Source of the DNA: Dimorphilus gyrociliatus
Lineage: Eukaryota; Animalia; Annelida
Assembly: GCA_904063045.1 (NCBI GenBank)
Contig: CAJFCJ010000012.1
Location: 1,860,001 to 1,924,000, forward strand
Length of the DNA stretch: 64,000 bases
Reading direction: 5' to 3'
Shown piece after piece: positions 10,229-22,900 of this stretch (its first letter is position 1; each line of letters starts with the position of its first letter). The position numbers and the translations under genes are program-made. The notes beneath the pieces were generated by a model. The model ran no database searches and was not told where the DNA came from. It saw only the letters and a program-made list of their open reading frames with translations.

Positions 10229-12593
10229 TTAAATATGAACCCGATTTGGAATATGCTGAGGATCGAGATACGGATAAGAATATTTTAATGTCGGGTTTTC
10301 TTTCCTTTTCTGCTCTCTTAACTTGCTTGCTTCGCTTAATTGAGCCAAATCTTGCTGAAATTCTTTTACAGCTTGGATACACATAGGCTCGTAATGAGCG
10401 TGATCCTCTCCTAATGATCTTGCTTCGGTATTGCTGATTAATTTGGTTAAAGCTGCAGTCTCACATGTGACTTGTTTGGATGGTATGAAAGAGCATAATT
10501 CATCTTCTGTTATAGGTTGCTTAGTTCTTGGTGGTGAGCCCTTTAACAGCAGGGGATAACTGGGAGGGAATGCACAGTGATCATACAATGGCAGAGAGGT
10601 TGCTGCATGAACACCCGTACACGTCCATATAATACCAGTTGCTATTTTAATGATTTCATCCTGAGTTTTTACAGAAGGCGGAAGCCCATTCACTCCGATT
10701 CCTCCAAATGACCTCTCTCTAGCCAATTCGCCAATAAATTGTTGAAGCTCGTAATCTTTTATAACTGAGTCCATGTCCTTGTAATAAATTTTAATTACCT
10801 TTGTTACATAAGAATTCATCACTTTGTGTAGTGGTATAGCCTCATCCCTGTAAGAGTAGTTTGGTAGAACATTCAGATCAAGAAGACCTCGTTGTTCCAA
10901 TTCTCGCGGTACACAGCCCTAGAAAAGAAACCAGAATACAAATTTAATTCTATGTTCGTTGGTAAAAATATTTTAATTATAAATTACTTGAATGTCCAAG
11001 CACCAAGCCTCCGCTGCCCTTATGCATAGCTCTAAAGTTCCCTTTCTCCCTACTGAAAGATTTCTCTCTGCCCAGCCTGACTCTGAGAGCAATTCATTGA
11101 CAACTCGCCTGTTCAAAGAAGGTATATGAGCTAGATGAGGATATAGTAGTCTATGAAGAGGATGAGATGGTGCTAGATGGCGTTGTAAGGCCACAGAAAT
11201 TCCTTCCATCATCATGTGTGTAATACCAAATCTCCATAGACAAAAGCTTAATGTTGCATCAGCATGATTAAACCACATCTTTGCAGCTATCCAAGTCAAC
11301 TTCGGATCGGAGGGAAAGAAAACGGGCCCATCTCTTTCTAGTTGAATCGCAATGGGTTGGAGCTTTTTATCTCCAGAAACGAAGAACAAACCAATAGCCG
11401 CATCACACAGATGTCTTCCGGGAACTGTGGTAACACCTTCCAACAAATGAGAATGATCAACGAAGAACAATCTTCTAGCCTGTATGATCTGTTTCACTGA
11501 CCATCCTTCCAGGAAAGGCTTAAGCATATCATGAGTAACTGGTAGTCGATCAGGAAGAGAATGACATAAACAGATACTAGTCGGCAAACACCCTGCTAAG
11601 CGTTGGGCGCCGAAGCAACAATCGCTAGACCAATCAGACTTACAAGCTGGAGTTGGAAGACCTCCAGGACCATCAAATAATTGAACAACTTCATCAAAAC
11701 CGGCAAACGATGTGGAAGTTGTTCTCGCTAATCCATATTGTGCAAGAAGTTCTGTTTTTCTTCTTATCAGATCCCAAAACGGAGCAAGTTCCGAACTAGT
11801 ATCGATAACGTCCCTCTGTTGTAGGGGCGCATGGGCCACCAATTGAGCATATTGATGTGAAGATCTGTTATCATAAGGTATGATTTGTATATTTATTTAT
11901 CAGCCCGATAAATTATAAACATTTTAATGATACAATTTCTATAAAAAGTAATTTGTCTTATAAAAAACATGCTATTGAAGATAACAAATCAGTTATAATA
12001 ACGTTCTAAAATTTTTAACTTGTTTTCCTCGTTTAAAACTGATAATAAAAAGTTTCGAAATTGTCGTAAAGACGTTATTTTATTGTTTCAAGCTGACCTA
12101 CCGATTTTCTATTAGCTCCGCTTCTCTTAATTTGGCATGAGCGTCATTCTGAGGTAAGCTAGTGTCGTTTCTTTTCACTCGTATCCTTCTTCCTGCCTTT
12201 AACCAACGACCAATAGGAAAATGTGTTATAAGGCCTTTCGCCCTACTATGAACTGTAATAACATCGCATAGCCAATCAGCGTCCGAGTCATTTGGGTCTC
12301 TCCAGATTTCCAACTCTGTAACCGATGACAATTGGTCCCATGATTCCGCTTGAAAGACGTCAGTATGCCCAGGTTGCGGATCCATAACTTCTACTGGTAT
12401 CTCGTCAACATGAATACCTGTATGAAAAAGCTGTTTATCAATCTGAAACTTTCTTTTGCATGACTATCAGACCCATATTGTCATAGGCAATCATTCGCAA
12501 TCTGACATTCGTAGCCGACGGTCTGGCATCTCCTGTCCTTATATAAATCCAATAATTTACGGCTCCTTTTACCGCGCAACAGTTATTCCCCAT
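10229..12593 (-). CDS. Lipoxygenase-family protein (PLAT + LOX domain), 667 aa, with degenerate iron ligands; exons 12473-12593, 12102-12417, 10988-11864, 10229-10918
   Basis: PLAT motifs (YWIYIRTGD, WLCDVITV, FPIGRWL), FGAQRLAG, LQPIAIQL, AKMWFN, HPLHRLLYPH, YSYRD, C-terminal PNRVHI. Exon phases sum to 668 codons. Confidence 0.93.
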
Positions 12594-12949
12594 CTTTCAC
12601 AGGTACATTTATCAGATTAATCACCGCCCTTATCACCTGGATCAACCTGAGTCACGTGACAATATAAAAAAAACTGGTATACTTGAAACTAACAGCCTCT
12701 TTTATTTCCGTTTCTTTGAATATTTAAAAATATTGAAGTCTTATTGTCTGTACTTGTTACTAATTCCGTTGTTTCTGTTTGTTTTTATCAATCTTATATG
12801 TTTATTAAGGGAAAAATAATAACTTGAATATCTGGAGTAGATTATGACAGACTGTACAGCATGATAAATAATATGTATTGCTTGTCAAACTAAAAAGTTT
12901 ACAATTGAAAGAGTTATCGATATATATATATTGTTTTTATACAGTGAGT

Positions 12950-14253
12950 TTACTTAAGTTTGTATTTATTATTATATTTTTCCATTAGAGATTTTATCTT
13001 TGGAAGTGAATTGTCTATAATAGAGTTCCTGTCAACACTCTTTAATGGACATCTAACAGGACCTAGGTTAATATCCAGAAAGAAACTTGTAAAAGTTTTT
13101 AAAGATGTAATACCACGCCCTATAGATAAAATATATAGTTAATATATCTCTATACTACTAGAAGAATACTTGTATAAATTACCATTTTCAAAGATAATCT
13201 CTAAAAATTCCTGAGCAAAAGTTTGAATTTCAAGAGCCTTTTTAAGATTTCCATCTTCGAATGAACTGATTAATTCCGTGTAGACGTTCCCTGTTTCGCG
13301 TGTTATTTTGTAAGATCTGAATGATATATTAATACAAGTAGATTGTTATTATTCTTACCAATATAGTTATAAGTTGAACCAATAGCTGCATCTATCCCAA
13401 ATACCATGGCTCCTAACAATTGTTCGTCCATACCGTAGAGAATGTTATATTTTCCATTATCAATCATTCTACACAAATTTATTTCAGACAAGTTCCAATG
13501 ACTATATTTCAAACCCCGAAGATTAGGTATTCTCTTTGCAGCTGTCCATAGAAACTCTTTCATGCATACTAAGTTTAAAACGGAAAAGAAACATAGATGA
13601 TAGGGATTGATAAATTATCAGATTATTTACATTGGATATTCGTTCTCATAGGAATATGATAATAGTAGAAAGGAATGTTAGGGGCTTCACTCGCTACTCT
13701 TGAACAGTAGTCAATCAAATCGTCTAGAACGATTTGAATATTTTCCTATTTAATTAAAGTGCAATAGATACAGACCAATTGTTTCTGGTTTAAAGTAGGT
13801 CGGTGCCATAGCTGAAATGGCGTCAACATGCTTTTCATTACAAAATCTCGCTAATCTACAAGCATCTTTTACGGACTCGGCGCCGACATGAATTATTACA
13901 TTTTCTAAATTATTTTTCTCCTTAACATTCATCCAATGTTCACTTAATTTGTTCCTCTCTTCAACACTTAGGGAAAGACCTTCTCCAGTAGAACCATTAA
14001 CTATTAAAGTTTACTTAATTAGAAATAAGTTAATTCTATTATCTAAAACTTTACCAAACACGTTTTTAACGTTGATACTACTCAATTTTTCAGCATATTT
14101 ATCAATTATCCCATAATTGACATACCTACAATTAAATTTATTACATATACTTTGTTAGCAAAAGTACAAAAGTAATGATTAATAAACGTACTGATTATCG
14201 TCAAAGGGCGTAAAAACAGCTGCTACTAAACCCTTTATTCTATAATTACTCAT
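12950..14253 (-). CDS. NPL: N-acetylneuraminate lyase (DHDPS family), multi-exon
   Basis: MSNYRIKGLVAAVFTPFD, VNGSTGEGLS, YYHIP, LRGLKYS (Schiff-base Lys), GMDEQLLGA, AAIGSTYNY, LGPVRCPL. Confidence 0.93.
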
Positions 14254-14552
14254 TTTGAATGTAGCCATTCTCTGTTTATTCCGTATGTACTTTACTAATA
14301 TAATTACTCCCACAAAATATATTTAAAAAACAAATTAATGATAAGATAAAAGTTTCAATAGATATCTGCATGTTTTTTTTTTACTCTTATTTGTTTATTA
14401 CTTGTATTTAATGCAACTATTTCCATATTTATGAATTATTTAATAGATGTTGTTTTTTTTTCATTTAAATATTCGTACTAATGAAATGCTTATTCTATTG
14501 TAAACATTATCTATTATATAAGATACCAAATTTGTTTGTATTATCATTTATT

Positions 14553-14566
14553 CACTAGATGGCGCT
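14553..14566 (+). promoter_or_regulatory. CTCF-type motif CACTAGATGGCGCT
   Basis: Matches the CTCF core consensus (CCACYAGRKGGCGC type), and lies between the divergent NPL and small membrane-protein genes. Confidence 0.55.
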
Positions 14567-14799
14567 TTTTTTATCATCTCATAGCATAGCATCATCTATT
14601 ACTTGTATATTAAGTAAATTATGAGATAGTTCCTACAAATATAAATAGATATTATTAATACGACGAATTGTTATTCATAAAAACCCAAGTATTAGCAATA
14701 AAAATACGAAAACTGTGTTACCCCGAGAGACGGCAAACACCCTTTACTAATCCATGAAGATCAATACGCCCTGCACATAGTCCGCAAGAAAATTCCGCC

Positions 14800-15134
14800 A
14801 TGATTGCGCACGTTCAGAAAATTTTCGCTTTGTTCGTTACGATATTCGCTATTGTCAGTGCTCAAGAGAGTAAGTAACAAACAAAAATAATCAATAAATA
14901 AGGATGATAATTAATTATTACCGAGAGCCTTCGCTTTTCAACCTATTTTGTTTGTCATTCATTTGACATTGTTGTGATTTTTTATTCTTAGGCATAAATC
15001 CACACGAGGGTTTCAACGTCTTTCTGCACGCTGGTATAGCTTTATTAATGAGCTTCGGTATCTTAGCATCATGCGCAGTTGGTGTAAATGTCCTCAGTAA
15101 ATATTGCGCTAAACGTATTGGCAAAGCCGAATAA
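14800..15134 (+). CDS. 70-aa type I single-pass membrane microprotein; exons 14800-14869 and 14992-15134; 3'UTR intron directly after the stop
   Basis: Kozak CCGCCATG and donor GTAAGT. Translation MIAHVQKIFALFVTIFAIVSA|QESINPHEGFNVFLHAGIALLMSFGILASCAVGVNVLSKYCAKRIGKAE* gives signal peptide, TM helix and basic tail. Not in the ORF track. Confidence 0.75.
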
Positions 15135-16767
15135 AAAGTAAGTAACGATTAAGAGATGCATTTAATTTTACTCTTTATAGAATATATATGTGCATACAGT
15201 ATTTTTAAATATCATACAATAAATGAGATAATATATATTATTCCATAATTTTCAGACTCATCCCACCGATATCGTAGAGATTTCAAGGAAATTGTGTGAT
15301 TTAGTTGTTTTTTCCTAGCTATATTGACTTATTACGCATAAAAAGGATATAAATTATTATAGAGCATGTTTTTTTAATTGTTAAAAAACACTATTTTAGT
15401 ATCTTGTTTAGACCTTTTACCAATTTTTGTTTGTTTATATATCGTCCATTGCATTGTTATATTCAGAGAAGAAAAAGTTGGAACAAACCTATATAATAAG
15501 ATAAGTCAAAAAATGTTCTTAAGAAAATTTAAATAATACAATTTAAAATGAACACTGCTGAAGAATTTTTGACATTACGTAAAAAAAAAAGAATAAAAGA
15601 ATAAAGAACAAAAAAATATGTAACGTTCCTTCGTTCTATTTGCATCAAATAAAGAGTAAATTCCGTGAATTCTATAATGGGTAAACTGTATTGTGATCTT
15701 TATTCGCTTCAAAGTTAAGAGGAAATATATATAATATATATATATAATTCAATTCATAAAAAAAGATATTGAAAGAGGAAAAACGAGATATGGAAAAAGA
15801 GTCATAAAAAAAAAGAAAAGAAATTTTCATGCTATTTACAAAGAAGATTTAGCAAAGCAATCAAAATAGTTCTACTCGGTTTAACATAAATAATATTTGT
15901 ATATACGTATACATGAGATAATATTACTTTTTCAAAAAAGTTATGCCTTCAATTAGTATTTTAAAGAGAGTATGAAATTTATAGAAATATAATATATGAA
16001 AACAGTAAAAAAGAATACATGATACTTTTTAATTACTATACAGGTAATTTAATTATAGTAGTTTTTATTAAGTTATAAAAGTCTACTTAATTGAAGAAAG
16101 TTAGTTAATAGGGGAAAATAAGTTTCTCTCCTTCTCTTCTTTTGTCTATATATATCTTTGAAATAATATATGTACGGTTTGTATGATGAAAGGCATTCTT
16201 TTAGTTTTTTCCTAATAATTTTTTCTAACTTGTTATTTTAGAACGCAGTTCTTTCACGGAAAAACACAGTAAAGAAAAACATTCTTTTTTGTTCCATTTG
16301 CGCAATAGTTATTCTTTCTTTTTCTGGATTGCTTCTAGATCATGATCTTATTCTTATTTCAGATGTAACGTTTTGTAAATTAAAAAGATATAACGCGTTT
16401 TTTTGTAAATGTCCTTTAAAAGGAAAACTATTTAGATATAATTTTTTTGAAGTCCTAAGTAGAGTATAGAAAAAACACCCCTATATTATTTTTTACTTTC
16501 AAATGAAATTTTTTATTTTAAATTTATAACTTGAACAAAAGTTCAATATTTATAAAATTAATAAAATTTCCAACTTTCCAACAGAAAAGATAATAGTACA
16601 TTCTATAATTTTTCTCATATTTTATATTTAATAGAATGAATCCCTTACAAAAATTTTATTATAAACCAAATATAACCGTTTCCTACTCTATAAAATAGTA
16701 GAAAATTTTCACTTTGCACCACGGAACCACACGTTGACGTGCTAAATTACGTCCGTCTCCAGTGCAG

Positions 16768-16793
16768 CTGCGCATATTCTGCAAGTTAACTAC
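16768..16793 (+). promoter_or_regulatory. Composite promoter element CTGCGCA-N7-CAAGTTAACTAC (copy 1, upstream of UBR1/2)
   Basis: 23/26 identical to 54002-54027; about 130 nt upstream of the UBR ATG. Confidence 0.5.
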
Positions 16794-16925
16794 AAAGCGT
16801 CTACCAAAGTGTACTGATTATATTTCTTTTGTAGACTTGGATGGGATTATGAAATTTTAGAAAAGTCTGCTTATTAGATTTCATAATTTTTCTCTACAAA
16901 ATTCGTCTGCTGCTAAGCACTCAAG

Positions 16926-19900
16926 ATGGAGGTGCTGACAGCATTTGGAGATGTTTCTGATCATTTTAGTCAATTAGACTTTGATAAAATAATTTCTGTA
17001 AGTTCTATTATCTAAATTATTATCCATAAATCTGAACATGAAATAGTGGATTAACAGCAAATAACAGTCATCGATTGTCAATTAATATTAAATATCTCCC
17101 TTCCAGGATTGGACAGACTCTGTAGACAATTCTGAAAGCTTTAACGAAAAATTACGAAATTACATCAAAAACAACATTCTTAAAGTACTTCATCCTAGTC
17201 CTGAGTGTGATCTAAATGTTGAAGAGCCTAAAATTGATACGTACTTCTTTAAACTTTTCGAGGTTTTCATTTGTGGTAATAAGGAGACAGAGAAAACTTT
17301 CAACGAACTAAAAAACCTCGACAGTCCGTCCGTTATTTGTGGCAAAGTCTTTAAAACAGGAGAGCCTGTATATTCCTGCAGGTTTGTGTCTATAGCATAA
17401 ATAAAGCGAGACAAATACTTTGACAGTTAAAAAATATTTTCAGAGACTGCAGTGTCGATCCAGCTTGTGTGTTATGTATCAAATGCTTTAACAGCAGTAT
17501 TCACAAAAAACATCATTATAAGGTAAGTTACTTATGTTTTTTTTTTTATTAATATAATATGATCATGTGAAAATTAAGATAACTGCATCTTCGGGTTGTG
17601 GTTATTGTGATTGTGGCGATCCAGAAGCCTGGAAAGATGGAGTATATTGTTCGCTGCACGAGCCAAAACTAAAGTCTGATTCAAATAAGGTGTGCCCTAG
17701 ACTTTGACCATACTCTATAGTATTTTCATTTTGAATGTATTGTTAATTATATAGCCACTCGCAATGGATAACTTGCCTGAAGAAGTAAAAAAACGAGCTA
17801 CAGCTATATTTCTCTTCCTGTCAAATTATATACTTGAAATTTTGACTATAAAAGAAAACGATTGCCTTCCAGAACGTTATCAAGCTCTTGCTAAGAGTGA
17901 AAACTTTGTAACAATGTTGTATAATGATGAAATCCATACATATGAGCAAGTAAGAGCGCTAATTATGATCCAAGTCCATTTATTGTTTTAATAAATATTT
18001 TCACGACATAGGTAATAAGTGCTCTAATGAAGTCAATCAAGTGCGAGCAGAAGAGAGCCGTAGATATCGCTACGTTTGTTGATAAAGAGGGAAGGGCAGC
18101 TATATCCTTCGGCCCAAAAGCTAATTGTCTCCGTCTGAAAGAAGAAATTGAAAAAACTACAGCTAGATCTACTGGTCAAGGCTCAATTCAACCATCCCTA
18201 CTGGTTTGTCATATTATAAAAGATAAAGAACGGAAAGATATATATACATGTTTTTTTAAAACAGGTAAAAGTTATTCATAATTCAATTGTTGCTCATCAA
18301 ATGTTTGCAATGAGAGCACTCTCGTGGTTTCTAAACATTGCTGGAAAATCAGGTACAGCAATTGAAATTGAAGTAGTTTTTGTTAACAATGGAAACTATT
18401 GTTTTTATTTTCTATTAAAAGATGGACTGCTCCATTTGTTCTGCTCTCTATCAATGACCTCACCCGTAACGTATCCTAATGCAACGGAAACAATTATTGA
18501 AGAAAGTATGTTGGCCGATACTGATCTATGGAAAGGTAGTTCTTCCGTTATAAATATGTAAAAGTAATGGCTAACTAAACATTATTTATCTCCAATTGCT
18601 AGGCGCTAGACTTCTTTGCCACGAATTATTTATGACTGGTATTTTGAAAAATATTGACCTTAAACATAAATTTAGTAAAATTTTTGTAAAGGTAAGTAAA
18701 TTTCTAAATCGCTTAAATTCTTTGTATTGTCCAGTAGTTGTTAATTTAGTGTGAAATTTTTGTATATATAAAAATATTCTTAAAAAGTAGAGTATATCAA
18801 AGAGGGTTTGCGGTAAATGTGTTTCAGCATTATGCGAAAGTACAGAGAAACAATACTCGCGATGATCATGAACCCAACGTCTGTATAGCTACAGAGAGCG
18901 TGCAAATATTTACAGTACCGAGTCTGGTAAGTGACATTCTCAAGTCTATTCTTTTTTCAGGTATATCCAAGACTGTGTGCTGATTTTGTTATGGACGATC
19001 ATCATCGTTCCGTATCAACAATGAACTTTAGCGTTCAATTGCTGACAGTTTCCACTTTGGTAAAAAAAGATATCTTTCTTTCCCAAATAAATAAGCATCC
19101 TTCTTTTTTAAAGTTATTTTTTTTTTATATTGTTAATACAAACAAATTCATGTTCTTTAAGGCAAGGATGCTAATTCGAGAGGACAACGTTCTTGAAATT
19201 GTGTTAAAGTCTTTCATAGAAGAATGCAAGCATAAATTAAGTAATTTTCTTTTTAAATTACTGTCTCCTAGTTTTTACACTAATCAAATTTTTTGTGTTT
19301 CCCTATTCAGAAGACGACAAATTTAATTTTGATCGTAATGATAGAAGCTCAAGTAATAATGGACAACTAAGATATCGAAGAGCATTGTATATACTATACG
19401 ATGTTAAATACTTGCTCATAACTGTTCCTTCGGAGGACGAATGGGACAGTGCATTTTGTCAAAATTTTATCAATGGCCTAAACTATCTTCTTGACTTGCT
19501 ATCTTATTTACATGTATGTTTTTTTTTTTTGCTATCTTTGAAAATTTCTTATATAAGCTATACTTTTTGTAATAATTTTCTCCTTTTTTCTGGAAAAAAG
19601 GGTGTTGACTCAGTTAAACGACAAACTGGTGCACATATTGAATATGAAAGTGAATGGGAAGGAGCTTTTGGCTTACAAATCAAATTGTCTGATATCTTTG
19701 GGCCTTTTCTGGAATGGTGTAGCGTCAAAGTAATTTATTAAATTTTTTCTATATCATTCTTTGATTGTAAAAGCTTTTAATTTTACAATAACTTCCAGAC
19801 TTGCGTTCTTGAGGAAGCCTTTAAGAGAACTGTAAACTTAATTGAATCACAGAAAAATACACCATCAGTAGTCTGGAAAACAATCCCTCTTCAAGGTTTT

Positions 19901-22900
19901 CATTAATAAAATCCTGTTTATATATTGAAATTATATTTGTTACTTTATTATTTCAGTCGCCGGGTTCGAAGACGAGATTCACGTTGTTGATTACGATGTT
20001 TCAACGCATAAAGTGTCAGTCCATATTGCTTTACATAGATTTCTAGCAGGTTTGTACAACAATATATTTCTATACTTGTGCATAATGTTTTGAACTGAGT
20101 TACTTATTGCAAAATGTAGGTCTTTGTCCCGGCCTAAACGCCTACAATATCACGTTAACAGAATTATTAAGTCGGTCCGAATCAAGAGTAAGTAAACTTT
20201 GGTGTCATTTATTAATTTTGATTAGAATATACATTCTAATTGACTCTTTCTTTGTGTTTATAGCCTGGCTTATGCGATAGTGTTAAATCCAGAATTGCAT
20301 TACTCCTAGATCCAGTGCTTAGAGTGCAAGTACTAATTGCACAACATAGAGCTGGAATGTGGAGGAGGAATGGATTTTCTTTAATTAATCAAGTATGTTA
20401 AAACATCAAAGAAAGATTAAATTTATGTTAAATTCTTTTAGATATACTTCTATAGAAATGTTCGATGCCGAACTGAAATGCAAGATAAAGATGTTATTCT
20501 TGTACAAAAAATTGCTGCTGGTATTAGATACATATATTTTTTTATTTCGTTTTGCTTTGAAGTCTAACAATTTTACAGAGTTACCTCCAAATGAGTTCTT
20601 AGCTCACTGCCTAAACAAATACGGTTTACTTAATTGGATAAAGTACGATTTTTAATTAGTTTTTACACCAATATATAATTATTTTTAATCTTATATTTTA
20701 GACAAGAGTACGATGATGTAAGAACAGCACCAAGCGAAGACAGAGTTGTTCAAACCAGTGTTATTGCTGAAGAGTTTTTTATATTAATTCTGACTATTTT
20801 AAGTAAGTAAAATTTATTATCTCATTACACGTTGTTAAACATTTTTTTAAAGGCGAAAGATTTACTCCGAATATGGGTTGCGTTGATAAAAAAGACTCTA
20901 TTAAGCGAGAAATAATACATTTACTATGTTCTGGACCATTGTCTCATTCAGAATTGTGTAAAAGTTTGGTTGAAGATGTACGTTTCAATATTTGTTCCAT
21001 AAATAAAATATATACACTAATAAAATTATTCTTATATTTTTCAGATCTGCAATATGACAGAATTAGAATCTATCGTTTTGGAAGTTGCAGATAAAAAGTA
21101 AGTTAAATATAATATATATTTTTACCCACAAGTATTTAATTAGAATATTTCAGTCTTACCGTATATAAGATAATTTTTTTATTAGTGAGACTTTATGATA
21201 ACTTAATTAATATAAAATACTGAAAAGTTTATCAACTTTTTAAGGTTTTAAATCAAAGTAATAAGTAAAATATAGCTGTTTCGATATAACTAAAAAAGTA
21301 TTCCTTATGGAAATTAGGATAGTCTCACGTTAAGTTTCAAACATACATGTAATCATTTAATGCTATAGTTGAAAGAAAGTGTATATATTTATATTGAATC
21401 AATCATTTGTGTTTCTACATCCATTAAGGAAAATATCTTCCGGTAAAATCGAGTATTGTTTGAAGCAAGAATATTATGATTGGTACAATCCATTCTTCTA
21501 TCATTATGGCAAAACGGAACAAACTAAGGTAAATATGACTCCTACCACATAGAATAGTATAGATTTCTCTCTATATATTATTGTCTGTTATAAGTTTATC
21601 ATACGATTTCTATATTATATATAAATTATCTATACATATTGCAGTCGGAGCAAAGGCAGCTAAAGAGAAGAAAAGAGGCAAATGAAGAAGAATGTAAGAT
21701 TATACTCAATATATACTGTATATAATTTATACAAATTATATCTGTTCTTTCCACTTTCAACAGGTTTACCTCCACCTAAACCGCCCAAATTTCACAAAAA
21801 TATGGAGAGTATTCTTGAGCTTCTAAAATGTGATGTTATGATTTATTTGCAAAAACTTGTATTGGAGAGAATGGAAGCAAAGAGATCTAGATCAGCATCT
21901 GAAAATCAACTGCACATTGTTCTTCACCTTATTGCTTTAAGTTTATATGAAGAAGAGAATGCCCATAATGATGGAAAATGTTTTGGATATGTGAAAAAGG
22001 CCGTATCTGGTAAAAAATAAATTAAACAAATACTTATACTGAATATACAAAAATCTATTATTTTTTTTTTAGAACCATCATCAATTTATCAATTACTTAA
22101 GAAGTTATTAGATTCACCAAACGTAAAGTCACCACCAATGAGGAGTCTTTTAACATTTGTTTTTAAGGTTTTTTTCAAAAAGCGTATTTCGAAAAGCTTG
22201 AACTAATGACTGAAAATTCAATTCTTTTCGTTAGAAATTCATCATTGTTCGTCACTTGGTAGATTCATCAATTGGCTCAAAGATAGATAAAGATCTCGAA
22301 AGATTTCTTAGCCAGAGCGACAAAGAAAAAACCGAACAGAAAAAGAAGGCTGACATTGCAGCGAAACGTAGAAGAAGAATATTGGAACAAATGAATAAAA
22401 GACAAAAAGAATTTATTCAGTCCAACATTGAGTTATTTCGAAAAACTAAATCAGGTTCACAAGATGAAATTATGGAAACAGATACTTTGTTAGTTTCTTT
22501 TTTTTTTTATTTTAATGAAATTTCCATCTAATAATACTATTAAATCTTTAGAACTACGGATTCAGAAACTTTTCACGTAGCCCTTGGCGATGACAGGACC
22601 CACATAACTTCTCCTGTTTCTGTTGTGCGAAAAATTTGCATTCTATGTCAAGAGGAACAAGACATATCGATCTCATCGAAAAAACCAATGGTTCTTTGCT
22701 CTTATGTTCAAAAGTCGACTGTTTTATCTCAAAACCGAACCAAATGCGTTCAAAAAATAGGCGCATATTACGAATCCGTATTCTTTCCTGCAGATTTAAT
22801 ATTAGGAACGCACGTGAGCACGTGTGGTCATGTGATGCACGCCGATTGCTGGCAAAAGTATGCAGTTACATTCTCATATTTATTTAAATTTAAAAACTTA

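Noticed and set aside
18791-18812. Apparent 22-nt exon (AG..GTAAAT) upstream of UBR exon A
   Set aside because: It would shift the frame, has a purine-rich acceptor, and leaves only a 15-nt intron.
21186-21328. 8-bp inverted repeat GTGAGACT/AGTCTCAC in a long UBR intron (MITE or snoRNA?)
   Set aside because: Too short, with no target-site duplication or proper boxes; expected by chance.
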